The translations under genes and the position numbers were made by a program. The notes under the pieces are model-generated. The model did no database searches, had not been told where the DNA came from, and saw nothing but the letters and a program-made list of their open reading frames with translations. DNA of 63,722 bases, the filler included, from Craspedostauros australis (lineage: Eukaryota), in assembly GCA_030167865.1 (NCBI GenBank). It is 23 parts of 23 records of this genome, joined end to end, with 100 filler letters (N's around TTAATTAATTAA, not from the genome) between each part and the next. Parts side by side here need not be neighbours in the genome. Positions count along the whole stretch, not along the records: positions 49,365 to 50,507 come from JALAGF010001799.1; positions 50,608 to 52,013 come from JALAGF010001801.1; positions 52,114 to 53,997 come from JALAGF010001802.1; positions 54,098 to 55,291 come from JALAGF010001803.1; positions 55,392 to 57,658 come from JALAGF010001804.1; positions 57,759 to 59,520 come from JALAGF010001805.1; positions 59,621 to 60,857 come from JALAGF010001807.1; positions 60,958 to 62,140 come from JALAGF010001810.1; 15 more parts are not named here. The stretch is one strand, 5' to 3'. The first letter of the stretch is position 1, and the number at the start of each line of letters is the position of its first letter. Positions 49,365 to 62,320 of this stretch are shown here, piece after piece.

Positions 49365-50507
49365 ACCATCACACGGGGCCAGCTCCTCACTCTGCGCAAC
49401 TACTACGAGCTCTTGCGCGAGGGCAATGTGCTTGGTGCTGCTGTTCACAACTATCGTGTCAGCACATACAGCTTGGCTGGCATGGTGTCCTTCATCAGCA
49501 ACACAACCACATACAAGGTGGGCCTTTGTCACAATATCAAATTGGGAGGGGTGATATTTGAAAACGTGCCAGTATTCGAACGTGGCGGAACGAGCGTGGG
49601 CGAACTGTTCCAAATGTACAAGACTACGACGAACAATCCAGTCGGCGAGCCAGCATTCCGAGCAATGACAGGCCTGCTCACACGCAGAGACAACGTGGTT
49701 ACTGGTCTCTCCTCTTTTGAAATCTACTTCTGGATGGCAATGAAGACGTTGAAGGAGATGCTCATGTGCTTGAATACCCTACTTGAGGATTCATTCAACA
49801 GTGATGACGGACACGACGACCTAACCGTGGAGTATATTCAAACCTGTGAGACATTGGTGCGCGATCTGGACCTAATGATCACATGCCTCAAGTGGGAGTA
49901 TACTGCGTCGCACATGCAGATCAAGTGCAAAGAAGACTGCATGCACTGCGCTCATTTCGCGCTTCGCCGCGATCCAAAAACGCAACAGGCTAAATCTACA
50001 CTCAACACCACCACCACAACAGCACCTGCCAGCACCGATACGACATGCGTGGTCATTCATCCTCCCACAACAACAACAGAGTGTGATGCCAATGCCATTT
50101 CTCCCATCACTCATGATCAACAAGGCAAAGTATGCGACAGATGTGGAGACGCGATGCGATTCATGGATGTTCGCGTCGCACCATTCATCGAGACGCTCAA
50201 GGNCAATCATCTTGGCGACCATGAGGATGAATTAGGCAGTATGCTGGAGGCGGTACTGGGCTTCAACAATGAGATCACTGTGTACATGGCACACTGAGTG
50301 AGAGCAAAGGTCCAATTCAATCAGATGAACAAGTACAAGGCCAAACTCAACAACAATGACAAGTGCGCCTATGTTGTCATCAACCATAAGCAGAAGATTC
50401 TGTTGACAGCGCAAGGAGAATCACAGACAGAGTACTGGGGCAAGAAGGGCATGTCGCTCCTTGGCGTTATGATTGTCACTTGCAAAGATGACGAATTCAC
50501 GTATCGC
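49365..50507 (+). mobile_element. Transposase remnant, Sola3-like
   Basis: HCAHFALRRDP, CDRC, YMAH*VRAKVQ (in-frame TGA at 50295-50297) and ESQTEYWGKKGMSLLG. These resemble the RESQxDWFGKRGxS motif I associate from memory with Sola3-type transposases. Confidence 0.5.
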
Positions 50508-50607
50508 NNNNNNNNNNNNNNNNNNNNNNNNNNNNNNNNNNNNNNNNNNNNTTAATTAATTAANNNNNNNNNNNNNNNNNNNNNNNNNNNNNNNNNNNNN
50601 NNNNNNN

Positions 50608-52013
50608 GATGAAAGCACGGTCCTCAGCAGTGGTTTCGTGAGCCCACAATTGCAGGACGGCGTCGCCTCTGACTTCCGTGTCGTTTTGGTAGCACTCATC
50701 GACATACTGAGTTGCAAAGAAGCCGTATGCCTCCCAAAGCTCCTTGCCATCGTTGCGGTAGCGGTAGTTGTCGAGCTTCACATCGTCGGTGAATCCGCGC
50801 CCTTCCAGCTCTTCGTCGAAGGCGGAAGACTTGAAGAAGTCGTAATCCTTCCAGTACTTGTAAATGAGTACCATGAACTGGCCAGTTCCGACGGATGTCA
50901 TGTAATCACCAAGGCTGTTTGGTGCAAAAGCGGCCAAAGTATCACGCGCCGCGAAGTTGAGAAAAAGGGTGTCACGGCACATTGGTCTGACGAATGGATA
51001 GATCTTGTGGTTGTATCTGCGCAGGGTGTTGTGGATGGCGATGATGTGCGGCTCCATGGTCAAGTGGGTCTTTCCAAGATGGCTCACCCACTGTCGAAGT
51101 GTGAAATGTTGGACGCAAGGATAGAGGGAGACCAGGAAAGGAGGGCAGGGAGATGTTGAGTGGGATATGTTCGGCGCTGTGAGCGGGATATCGACAAAGT
51201 GTGGCCGATGGAAACAGGCATCGGTCTCCGATAGATTGGACATCGACAGCCGAACGAGCCACTCTCTACAGAATGATGTTGCCACAACTGCAAATATTTT
51301 TGAACGGATAGTATCACCAGTACGCTGTACAGTACAGCGCTGCATAACATTGCGCCCCACCGCACGGTACATCGTGGAACGACGTATCGCATGCTTACCT
51401 CATGGTATTGAGAATCTGCGGCCGCGACGGTGGTCTTGGCGAACAACCATTCGGTCTCGTTGGAATTCCCGACTGTGTAAACCTTAGAATCAGCTTCGCG
51501 ATCAAGCTGGATGGCCATGATCTCGATATTCTTGAGATTCTGGGTTTGGCGGAAGAGGATCATCGGGGCCTTGAAGTAGCGTGGCTCCTTTCCGACGCGG
51601 CTCAAGATTTCTTGGTCCTGGGTGGTGTTGACGTTGTTGTACACCTCCGGATATGCCTGGTGAGGGTTTTTCTCGAGATCGTCCAAGCCGACGTAGTCCA
51701 CGTAAAAGAGCTTGTTGGCCTTGGCAAGGGCCTCGAGGTTGACGATTCCTTCCTTTTCGAAGAAGTTGCGAAGTTCTGGTGTGAGCATCTTACTGTCCTT
51801 GACGACTTCGATCATGACTGGGTTGACGCCGTTCAAGAATTGACGTGCAAACTCCTGGTCCTCCTTCCAATGATTGAATGCGTGTTCTGGGAGCTTGAGG
51901 AATGGATTGTCCACTTCCATACCGAGTGGTCCCTTGGCCTTGAAGATTCTCTCGTAGTTCTCCTTCGTGGCGATGTCATTGATAGTGAGCGGGTTCACGG
52001 CGATTCCGGCCTG
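50608..52013 (-). CDS. LOX: Lipoxygenase central part, variant B (intron 51398-51091)
   Basis: Near-identical reverse complement of 15842-17246 with the same ends; intron 1 nt longer; 5 amino-acid differences. Confidence 0.95.
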
Positions 52014-52113
52014 NNNNNNNNNNNNNNNNNNNNNNNNNNNNNNNNNNNNNNNNNNNNTTAATTAATTAANNNNNNNNNNNNNNNNNNNNNNNNNNNNNNN
52101 NNNNNNNNNNNNN

Positions 52114-53997
52114 CTTTGCAGCGGTGTTGCGTATGCTTGCCTGTACTTGAGCTCGTTGGCCTTCATGCAGTGGGCAATAACTTCGCGTTCTTTGCTGAAT
52201 GTTCTTTCTTCGCCATGCTCGTCTTTGGCGATGACCGTGGTTACCTTGCTGTTGCTGGCTCCGCCTTGTAGCGTCCGCTTGATTGACCGGAATGTTTCTG
52301 CTGTCTCTTCTCGGGCGATGATCGCGGCAAGTGCTGTGCTGGCGGATGTGTTGCCAGCTTCTGCCATTTCATCGGCGCGTTGCTCAAGGAAGGTCCTCCT
52401 GTGTGCAAGAGCGCTCCGTTTCACGAGCTTCCACTTCTCGTGGGCCAGCTTCCGTTGCTGCTGGATGTCGTCTGCGGTGAGGTGCGATGTTGGCTGTCGT
52501 ATGCCGGCTTGCTGTTTGGCCCGGTCGTACCACCTCGCACTCACCCTCTTTCCCTGTCGTCGCCTCCATGCGATTTCCCAGAACTTCTTCTCCATTGCCG
52601 CTTTTTTGGCAGCTGGTGAGTATGGTACTCGTCCCGCGAATATTCGTCTGGATCCTCGTTCTGCTTGGAGCATGATCTCCTTTCTGTCTTTGTCGATGTC
52701 TTCTGTCTCCTGGATGAGCGTCTCAGTCATGACCCCGTCATCCTTGAGCATAGCCAGTACGTTTTCGGACCGGTGCCGCAGGTCCGCTTTGGAATATCCA
52801 GCCTTGACTGCTTGTTGGTATCGTTTCATTGTAGCTGGTTTGTTCGTTTGCAGACGTCTTCCTTCGAATTTCTTGGTCGGTCGGCTTCTCACTCCGAAGA
52901 TGGCTTCACCGGAGATCTCGATCCATGCTGTACGGTGGTCCCAGCTTCCGTAGTCGCTGTATCCTGCCCTCTGTACCCCCACCGATTCTGAGACCCATAT
53001 GCCATCTATCACTCTTGCTGTTTCTGCTCTGACTTGCGTTGCTACCGGTGCTTGTTGGGGATGCTTGCTGAGTATGGCTTCCTTCATGCCTTGTCGCTCG
53101 AGCATTGTTGCCATTTGTGAGTGTGCAACCTGCATGTTGATGTCCCCGCCCAGTATGATCGTTTCGCCTTGTGTGTGCCATTGCTGTATTTCTGCTTCCA
53201 GGTCGTCGATGAGGGTGGCTATTGGTGGGGCGGTGATTCCCTGCAGCTCTAACCAGGCTGATTGCTGGTTTGCAACCGTGCGAGGTCCTTTCCCTGATGT
53301 GGTTGGAACGTACACGCTTACAATTCTCACAATAGCGTCGTCTTTGCCGCGGAGCACCATGCTTGACCATCGTCCTAGCTGCCTTGGATCCTCTGCTGAT
53401 CCCCTGTGTCGCCCAGCTGTTTCGTTGATAATCAGGCAGCCCGTGCCTCCCCATTGTCGTACGGGTCCCATCTTCTCTTGTTTGTTGTACGCCATCGTTT
53501 GGCGCCATGAGCTGTATTGGCCTTTGATCCGCGAGTGCCATGAGTGGCGTTTNGCTANTTTGGACCAGTTCAGCCCGATTTCGGAAAACATTGCCACGTC
53601 GAGTTTTAGNTTCTTNGTCCATTCCCANGTGTCTCTGTTTTTCCAGTGTCCTGTCTCTTCCGGTAGACAGCCCACGTTGAGGGCGCCGATGCGTATAGTA
53701 TGGCNTCCTTTGTCGCGTGGGTTGTCTCCCCAGTAAGAGACTTGGAGGTTGTGCTCATTCCGACGCACTTCCTCCCCGAGAGCATCCGTTTGGCTTGCGG
53801 AGGTGGGTGTTGATGCTTCCCCTTCCTCCAGCCTTGTGTTAATCAGTTTGCTGGCCCCCGTCCGTGCTTAAGCCGGGGGATTTTGAGTTCCCGGGTTCCT
53901 CCTCTGCGTGTTTGGCTCTCAGCTCCTCGATGATTCTGTCTTTTTCGATGAGTTCTTGCCTCTGGTCCTCCACTTTCTTTCTGTTGGCTTCTGCTTG
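52114..53997 (-). mobile_element. Non-LTR retrotransposon: ORF1 end (stop at 53841-53839) and ORF2 apurinic-endonuclease region
   Basis: IRIGALNV, MFSEIG, QWGGTG, DPRQLGRW, IVSVYVP, GGDIN, VIDGIW and WDHR motifs of APE. Scattered Ns suggest a collapsed repeat. Confidence 0.88.
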
Positions 53998-54153
53998 NNN
54001 NNNNNNNNNNNNNNNNNNNNNNNNNNNNNNNNNNNNNNNNNTTAATTAATTAANNNNNNNNNNNNNNNNNNNNNNNNNNNNNNNNNNNNNNNNNNNNATA
54101 GGGATCGCCTCTGTTTCGCTTTCTCACATTAGGTCCTCAGGGACGCGTCGACT

Positions 54154-55291
54154 TGTTCAGATATATTGGTTGTCGCGCTCATTCGATTCACTCAGGGCTG
54201 GTGTGTTGCCATCATCATAGATCTCTCGGTTCCCGACCGTTATCGGGACATGGCCGAGTAGGCCACTGGATGAGGGTGCTTGGATGTCGCATAAGACAGG
54301 TANNNNNNNNNNNNNNNNNNNNNNNNNNNNNNNNNNNNNNNNNNNNNNNNNNNNNNNNNNNNNNNNNNNNNNNNNNNNNNNNNNNNNNNNNNNNNNNNNN
54401 NNNNNNNNNNNNNNNNNNNNNNNNNNNNNNNNNNNNNNNNNNNNNNNNNNNNNGGTATCTTTGCAAAGTCGTACCCCCGATTCCTGACACCCTTCCATTG
54501 TCGCACCACCATACTCACTCACACACACAAATCGTCTCTCGTCACACTCCCTTGTCTTGCTCTTTCATTCATCTCTTCTGTCCCATTAATCCATGGTCGA
54601 TCTCAATTGAATGATGCTCCCTTTGTGTCTATCGTAGATCTCCTTCTTTGTATTCTTGGTGAAGCCGTCTGCGATATTGTCCTCTGAGCGCACAAATTGA
54701 ATTCGTGCTTCTCCGTTGTCTATCAGCTCCCGAGTGAAATGATGTCGTATGTCGATGTGTCTCGTTCGCGCTGATGTCGACGGATTGGAGGCAATGAAGA
54801 TAGCCCCCACATTGTCCACATACACATCCACTGGTTTGGTCATCGTCAAGCCGATGTCCTCCATTAGCTGCGTAAGGAAGCGAATCTCTTTTCCTGCTTC
54901 TGACAGCGCGACGTATTCCGCCTCTGTCGAGCTGAGAGTTACACTTCGTTGTGCCTTCGATCTCCATACGATGGGCACCCCTTGAAGTAGGACGAGATGT
55001 CCCCCGACACTGATCCGGTTATCCTTGTCTCCCGCAAACTCACTGTCTGCGTAGATCTCGATCTTCCATGCGTTGTTCTCCAGTGGGGTTGGTTGCATTC
55101 GTAGTCCGTAGTCCCTCGTGTCTGATACGAACTTCATTACTCGCAGCATCTCCTTGTATGCTGCAGCTGATGGTCCGTCCAGCACCTTGGTAAGTTCGCG
55201 CACCGCGTTCGCAATGTCTGGTCGCGAGTGCTTCACCAAGTATAGCAGCATACCTACTCCACTTCGGTATCTGCTGTGTCGGTCACTGTCC
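54154..55291 (-). mobile_element. Ty1/copia RT C-terminus-RNase H (54586-55291), PPT and probable 3' LTR (54546-54154)
   Basis: SRPDIANAV, YADSEFAGD, LSSTEAEYVA, DNVGAI, RHIDIRHHF and NIADGFTK; purine tract followed by TGTGAC...GAACA. Confidence 0.92.
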
Positions 55292-55391
55292 NNNNNNNNN
55301 NNNNNNNNNNNNNNNNNNNNNNNNNNNNNNNNNNNTTAATTAATTAANNNNNNNNNNNNNNNNNNNNNNNNNNNNNNNNNNNNNNNNNNNN

Positions 55392-57658
55392 CGCGAAAAA
55401 ACATTGGAGTAAGGCCACAGACGGTCCAGTGCACAACACAAACCATCGGAACGGGTGACGACCGGGAAGAGGCGCACGAGACGCAACGAGCTGAGGAACC
55501 GCGAGGGGACTCGGCGAATGGTTAGACCAGAAGGGCAAGAGCAACAGTCGGTGGCAGCACGACGAACGACTCAGAGCCCACAACAAGCGCCTGCGGATCG
55601 GGAGGTTATACCGCAACAACCCAACAGCAGCAGACGACAGGATACGAACGAAGGGGGAAGGATGACACGGGTGAAGAGGAGAATGCTGAGGAAGCGAACG
55701 GGGCAACTGAGGATAGGGTTGCAGAACTTTGGAGGACTCGGAAGGAGACCAGGAGTAGTTGACGAAGGATTGAAGAGGTGGATGAACGAAGGCGAATTCG
55801 ATGTATTTGGGATCACGGAGGTGAATGTGGACTGGAGGACGGCATCAACAGAGCACACACTCAAAGGGCGAATACAGGAATGGTGGCCAACAGGAACGGC
55901 AGTGGCGAAGACGGCGAATAACACGACCAACGAACCCACGCAAAGCAAACAGTGGGGAGGAGTGGCAATGATCAGCAGATTCCAAGCGGCAATCCGCATC
56001 ATGGGACAAGGCGAAGACCCAACCAAGTTGGGGCGATGGGTGTGGCAGCGATACCGCGGAGCAAATCAGCAAACGCTCCGAGTGGTAACAGCATATAGAC
56101 CGTGCAGACCACGAAGCAAGGGATTCTTGAACACACACGCACAACAGCGGCGGTACTTCAATGAGAAGAAGATGGACAAGGAGCCTCGAGCGGCGATGAT
56201 AGAGGACCTTCAGAAAGCGATTCAGGCGTGGAGAGNGGAAGGCGACCATGTAATCGTGGCAATGGACTGCAACGAAGACACGAATTCGGCCACAATGCGG
56301 CAATTCCAAGAGGCCACAGGGCTAACCAACACGATGGAATGCGCAGGTGACGAAGTCAGTCGATTGCCAACGCATCGACTAGGAAAAGTGCCTATCGACG
56401 GAATCTTCGCTACAGCAGGAGTTCGGATCGAAGGGGCAGGAGCAAGCGAATGGGACGAGGGGATACAAATGAGGCAAGCAGACCACCGATGCCTGTGGAT
56501 CGACGTCAGCATGGTCGCGGTGCTCGGGCAATCAATGCCCAACTTGCGCAAGGCGGTGTCGAGGAGAGTGAAGACAGAAGACCCAAGGATCGTACAGAAG
56601 TTCAACGACGCCTACAAAGCGCACTTGAAACAGCACAAAGCAAGGGCAAGAGCGTTTCGGCTGGAACAAGCGGCATCAGAAGAATGGACGAAAAAAATGG
56701 AGAAGGAGGCAGAGAAACTTGACAGAATTCGCGTGGAAGGAATATGGAAAGCCGACAAGACCTGCCGCAGACTAAGGATGGGAGGCATACCGTACTCGAA
56801 GGAGTACAAACGGATTGAAGCCAACATCGGGCTGTGGAACAACGTGGTGAGAAAGCAACGAGGAGCCAACATCTCGTCGAAGACCATCGTGAGACTGGCG
56901 AAGAGAGCAGGGGAAACGCGTAAGGTACAAGAACTGATGAGATGTGCCAACGAGGAGGTAGCAAAGGAACAGGAATCGGCGTATGGGAACCTCAAGCAGT
57001 TCAGAACAAGAGCGACGAAAGCGAGAGAGAACTGGTTAGAAGGACTAGCGGAAGCGAGAGGCGGGGAGGAAAGGAGACGAAGAGGGGAACAGCAGCGAAG
57101 CAACAACAGAGGAAGAGAAGAAAGAGAGGTTGGAGAAGCGACATCGCAGCAACTACGTCAGCTGAGGATGAAGGAGAGAGTGCGGGCAACATATCGGAGG
57201 ATACGGATGGCCACAGGCGAAAATGCAACGGCAGGTATATCCATGGTGATAGCACCGGATGGGAACGGGCAGTGGGTGGAACGGACCAGCAAAGAAGACA
57301 TCGAGAAAGGATGCATGGAAGAAAACAAGAAACGATTTCGGCAAACCGAGAACACGCCGTTCATGCACGGCCAGCTGGCNAGAGAATTCGGGTATCTCGG
57401 GGTGACCGAAGCGGCGGAGCAAACGCTCAACGGAAGCTACGCACCACGACCATGGGTTGATGAAGGCGCTGCGAAGCTCCTACAAGGGCTGAAATCGGTA
57501 GCAAGCCGGAGCATACCAGCAGGAATGACAACGAAGGAGTTCCAACAAGGATGGAAAAGAGCCAAGGAGGACATGTCGGCAGGACCATCGGGGCTGCATT
57601 TTGGCCATTTCAAAGCTATAGCGCACCATCGGAGGAATTCGGAGTTTGAAGCAAGCAT
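55392..57658 (+). mobile_element. Non-LTR retrotransposon ORF2 apurinic-endonuclease region up to the RT start
   Basis: LRIGLQNFGG, GITEVN, QWGGV, DPTKLGRW, VVTAYRPC, MDCNE, PIDGIF, ADHRCLWID and SAGPSGLHFGHFK. Confidence 0.9.
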
Positions 57659-58864
57659 NNNNNNNNNNNNNNNNNNNNNNNNNNNNNNNNNNNNNNNNNN
57701 NNTTAATTAATTAANNNNNNNNNNNNNNNNNNNNNNNNNNNNNNNNNNNNNNNNNNNNAACACAGCTGCACGAAGCGGAGAAGCGCTTCAAGCGTGTCTG
57801 CGCATCGAGGATGTTGAGCATCCATGGATGGAAGATGCTTCCACATGGCCAGCTCACAGTTGCCAACGCCAGCATTCGTACTCGGCACTTCATCAAGTGT
57901 CATGGATTGGAAAACACACACACAGATCAGGAATTCGGAAAGCAACGATTGCCGTCGTTGATGAATCCAGCACCAGTTCTATCATGGAGGAGAGCATTGC
58001 ATGCCAGGCGACGATGAAGGAGAGGATTGACGAAAATGACCAACATCTTCCCCGCAATCTACATCCGATGGAGATGAAAACATCAGGCAACCGATGCCAT
58101 GAGTACCTTACAACATGTCCGACGAGTCATCCCCAATGAAGGTCCTCAAGTAACGGGCACAGCAGTGCGTTGTGAAGGCTTGTAGCCGTCAAGACATCAG
58201 CAGATTCGCGACACAAGTTCCAACGCGCCGCCCGAAACGTAACGGACTGGAATGAATGCTCCTGCTCTACCTTCGGAGGGCATGTGTTGCGTTTCGCATC
58301 TTCCCCATGCACTCTTTGCTTTCCCGGACGGTTGCGGTAGAATTGGCTTGCGTGAACTGTGCGGCAGTGACATCAGGCAACACTATTGGACTTGATTTCG
58401 AGTGGACGGGACGCATGCTTTATCAGTTGATATGCGTACGTCAGGTAGAGACGTTGGCAATGGATCTGCTCAAGGCTCGGCTGTGCTGACGTTCCGTACT
58501 CCTTGCTAGTTCACCATCACACCAGCATCAATCGGATCTTCCTATCAGATCGAGACGTCACAATACCAGACCAAAAGCATAACACTCTGGCGATTCTGGT
58601 ATGCAGTATAGTACTATCCACAACGCTACGCACAGCATTGGCAAAGCGAGCACAACGTGCAAATCAACCTTCTTTCTTTTCATTGAATGCAAGCAAAAGG
58701 GTTGAACTGGTGAATGGCTCGACATGTGCGGCGTGCCATTGGATGGATCACTGATCATCTGCTTGAATCATAGTTACTAGTACTACTCTGATTCCTCGTC
58801 TGATCCATCTTCTTCATTCCATGACATGCTTGCTCCTCAGTCTGGTGTTGTTGTCGTTGGTGCT

Positions 58865-59520
58865 TTATTTCGCTTCCTCGGCAGCGCCGTCGCTCTCAGC
58901 CACCCTGGAGGATGTGATGGAACGCACGAAGCGCAACAGCGCGACGCGATCCATGTACGAATCCACCTGCACAGCCCCCTCGTCTTCATCCACAACCTTG
59001 TACAACTCCATCATGGACATGCCACCATATTCATCATCACCTCCATCGGCCACCATTCCCTCACTGCAAAGGACATGAATGTCTCCCATCAGTTGATGAT
59101 GTGGAATCAGCTTGCTGAAATCTGGATGAGCAAGTAATGTCTGCATGTTTTGAGCTGCCATCCTCGTTGCCGCGTCTTTCAGCAGTGCACAGTCATGCTG
59201 ATCGGCGAATATCAATGTATGCACCATGGTGTCCTGTGTGAGATGCTTGCGGGCCAACTCCGCTTCAACAACAAGCTTGAGTCGCCAGAAGCCGAACTCG
59301 TTGGCCACAAGGACCAGCTGTTGCAGATCGCCCTGTCCATTGAAGGAGCGGGGTGGCTGGTCCGTGCTATCAGGATCAGTGTCGTCACGAGTGTTGTTGC
59401 TGAAGGATATCTCACCTATGTAGATGCATTGGAGGTTATGTTGGACGTGTTTTGGTTGAAGGTTGGGAAGAGAGACGGTTGCTTGCATGGGGGCCGCGTA
59501 GTCTTCTGTGCCATCATTCG
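58865..59520 (-). CDS. BTB/BACK-like C-terminal half of a third ankyrin-BTB family member (5' truncated)
   Basis: Intact frame aligning with 2421-3084: LQCIYIGEI, LVANEFGFWRLKL, LIFADQHDCALLKDAA. Confidence 0.85.
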
Positions 59521-60588
59521 NNNNNNNNNNNNNNNNNNNNNNNNNNNNNNNNNNNNNNNNNNNNTTAATTAATTAANNNNNNNNNNNNNNNNNNNNNNNN
59601 NNNNNNNNNNNNNNNNNNNNAAACACATGACACAAAACACATCACACAAAACACATCACACACACAACATCATCGACATCCGTTCACAAATTCAAACATC
59701 ATCGACATCCGTTCACAAATTCAAACATCATCGCCACACTTTCGCTCTATTTCGCAACTTTCTTCGCCAATGTCATGCGTACTCGCTGTTGTGTTCCATG
59801 CTTGTGCTCGCCCTGGTAGTGGCGTCGTGTAGTAGTAGTAGTCGTTGNNNNNNNNNNNNNNNNNNNNNNNNNNNNNNNNNNNNNNNNNNNNNNNNNNNNN
59901 NNNNNNNNNNNNNNNNNNNNNNNNNNNNNNNNNCATCACATCCGACTAGCAACAACTATTCTCTCCAGCAACAACTCCACCATGCCTACCTCTGCCCCTG
60001 CCAAGACCCTCTCCAAGGATGCTAACCCCTCTGCTCGTAAGAAACCCCGTTCTGCTGGCCTTGCATCTGCTCCTCCTGCCGACTCCAAGGGAAACTTGCT
60101 CCCAACCGCGGAGCAACTGTTGCCTGACAAGCCATCCGCTGCGTTGAGGAAGCCAACCACGATCACGCAAGTGATCGATGTGAAGCCGATGCATGCAGCG
60201 GATGGCAGCCTCGTCCCGAACGGTACGCATGCGCACGCCAGCGAGCTGCATGTGTACNTTCACATCCTCCACGACAACGGAGGCGTCTTTGACGACTCCA
60301 ACGTCAAGGTGCGATCAGAGGGACGAGGTGTCGGCGATGGAACAGTGGTGAGCATTGTCGTCAACGCGCCACCCCTGCCTTCTGTACCTGACGTTGCTCC
60401 ACCTGTCGAGCCTACCCCACCAGGGAGGCTTCCCCGGCGCTGAAACACTGTAGTTGCCGGGGGGTACGCAGATCCCTCTATTGACAGTGACAGCACCTAC
60501 ATGGACAACATGGAGGAACAGATGCGCGCCGGCAGGGGCAGGAGGGGCGGCAAGTTCGAGGGTGATACATCAGAGGAGGGGAGCTGGA

Positions 60589-60857
60589 TATTAGAGCACT
60601 ATCGAAAAATCACAAGGGGTGAGCAAAAGCAAAGTACCATGCCGGGATTCGAACCCGGAACCTCAGTTAGAATTACTGGTGCTCTACCGTTGAGCTACAG
60701 GCGATGCGATTGCTGATCCGAACACAAGTGAAATTTATAGATAGTGGGGGCTACGGGAGTAACGTACTTAGCGCTATTCAGTTTTGTGCTGATACTCCCC
60801 TACGCTACGACCGTGGACCACCTGCTCAAGAGCACTATGACGGAAAGTTGTCATCTC
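60589..60857 (-). mobile_element. Second copy of the tRNA-LTR TRIM: internal 3' part, PPT and 3' LTR (60794-60589)
   Basis: 60857-60795 matches 42205-42267. The LTR has an intact B box GGTTCGAATCCC, with the tRNA-like module at 60704-60635. Cut by the contig end. Confidence 0.92.
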
Positions 60858-60957
60858 NNNNNNNNNNNNNNNNNNNNNNNNNNNNNNNNNNNNNNNNNNN
60901 NTTAATTAATTAANNNNNNNNNNNNNNNNNNNNNNNNNNNNNNNNNNNNNNNNNNNN

Positions 60958-62140
60958 TGGATCGTTGCCGAAGAATTGGCGATGTGGTGACTCCTTTTGA
61001 TTCTTCGCTACGGTGATGTTGGCGATGGCAGTGGCAGTGCTTGCAGCTGCTGCCCACAGGCCATGCCTATACTCTTCGTCGAGTTGTGCTCCGTTGAGCA
61101 TGGAGCGGATCTTGGTGTAGAGGTACGCAAACTTGCGTTCTACTCTGCCGTTCTGTTGCGGCGTGTTCGATGCCGTGAATTTGAATTTCACGTTCAGTCC
61201 TGCATCGATGAGAATATCCTGCGTGGATTTGTTCTCTCCGCTGTTGTCNCCTCGGAAGATGATTTGTTGATCACCAGTCNGTGACTTGATNGTNTGGANG
61301 AATNGTTTGATGTANCCTGGTTGNTCACTNTTGTTCTTGAGAAAGAAACTCCAGCAGTGATCCGTGCAGTCGTCCACGATCAGGGTCCAGTAGCGTTTAT
61401 CTCCGAAGCTTATGTGTTTAGTGTATCTAATGTCAATGAAGAGCCGTTCGCCGTGGCGAGTTGCTCTCGGAATGGTTGCCTTCGGGATGTTCTTCACTCT
61501 TGCGTTCGCGACCGCGCAGTCACGACATACTGGCATCTCGCCGATAATCTTCCATCCGTATTGGGCGGCTGTCCGCTTCATGGCTTCGAGTGGCGCGTGG
61601 CCGAGCATTCGATGCAAGTTCACCGCGCTGATCTCCTTGGATGGGTTCTTGACGATGGCTGTGCAAGCCTTGTCGTCGTTCGTTGGCATGATGGAATGCA
61701 TCTGCACTCCCGTGATGAATCCGTTGGCTGTGGGGAAGACTCGATCGAATACGATCTTCGTTCCGGATCCGTTGATAATGTCCATCAGAATGCCGTTGCT
61801 ACCAAGCTGGTAACCGTTGTACAGAGCCTTGTTCGTGGAGAAAAGGTTCACCGCCATTTTCGGTGTGTACTTCACGTCATCGAGCCGGATGATGTGGCCA
61901 GTGTTGTCTCGTTGCTTGACCTTCAAGCGAATGGATCCCATTTTGGGAGAGTCCAGTTTCGTACTGTCTCCCACTTGGATGAAGGACTTGATGTGCCGCA
62001 CGTTGAAGAGAGCGGCGTCTGAATTGACGATGTGACACGAAGCTCCACTGTCGGCGAGCCAGGTGTCCTTGTTGACCTTGTCTTTGTATCGAGTGCTCAG
62101 CTCATGGAGCTGCTCCACAGCTGCTGCAGCTGTATCGGTC
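60958..62140 (-). mobile_element. Ty1/copia protease, GAG-pre-integrase and integrase
   Basis: WLADSGASCH; LHRMLGH...CRDC; RLFIDI; IVDD; DNSGEN; TPQQNGRVERK. Confidence 0.95.
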
Positions 62141-62320
62141 NNNNNNNNNNNNNNNNNNNNNNNNNNNNNNNNNNNNNNNNNNNNTTAATTAATTAANNNN
62201 NNNNNNNNNNNNNNNNNNNNNNNNNNNNNNNNNNNNNNNNTCTTCCTCCACATCAACACATGTTCAACATGCACTTGCAATCTGCCCATCCCACACTTCG
62301 ACATGCCAACATTGCAATGA

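Noticed and set aside
60635..60704. Functional tRNA (Glu TTC, Arg TCT or amber-suppressor CTA)
   Set aside because: The acceptor stem does not pair. The only register with a good anticodon stem lacks U33 and purine 37, and the registers giving TCT or CTA break the stem. It lies inside an LTR.
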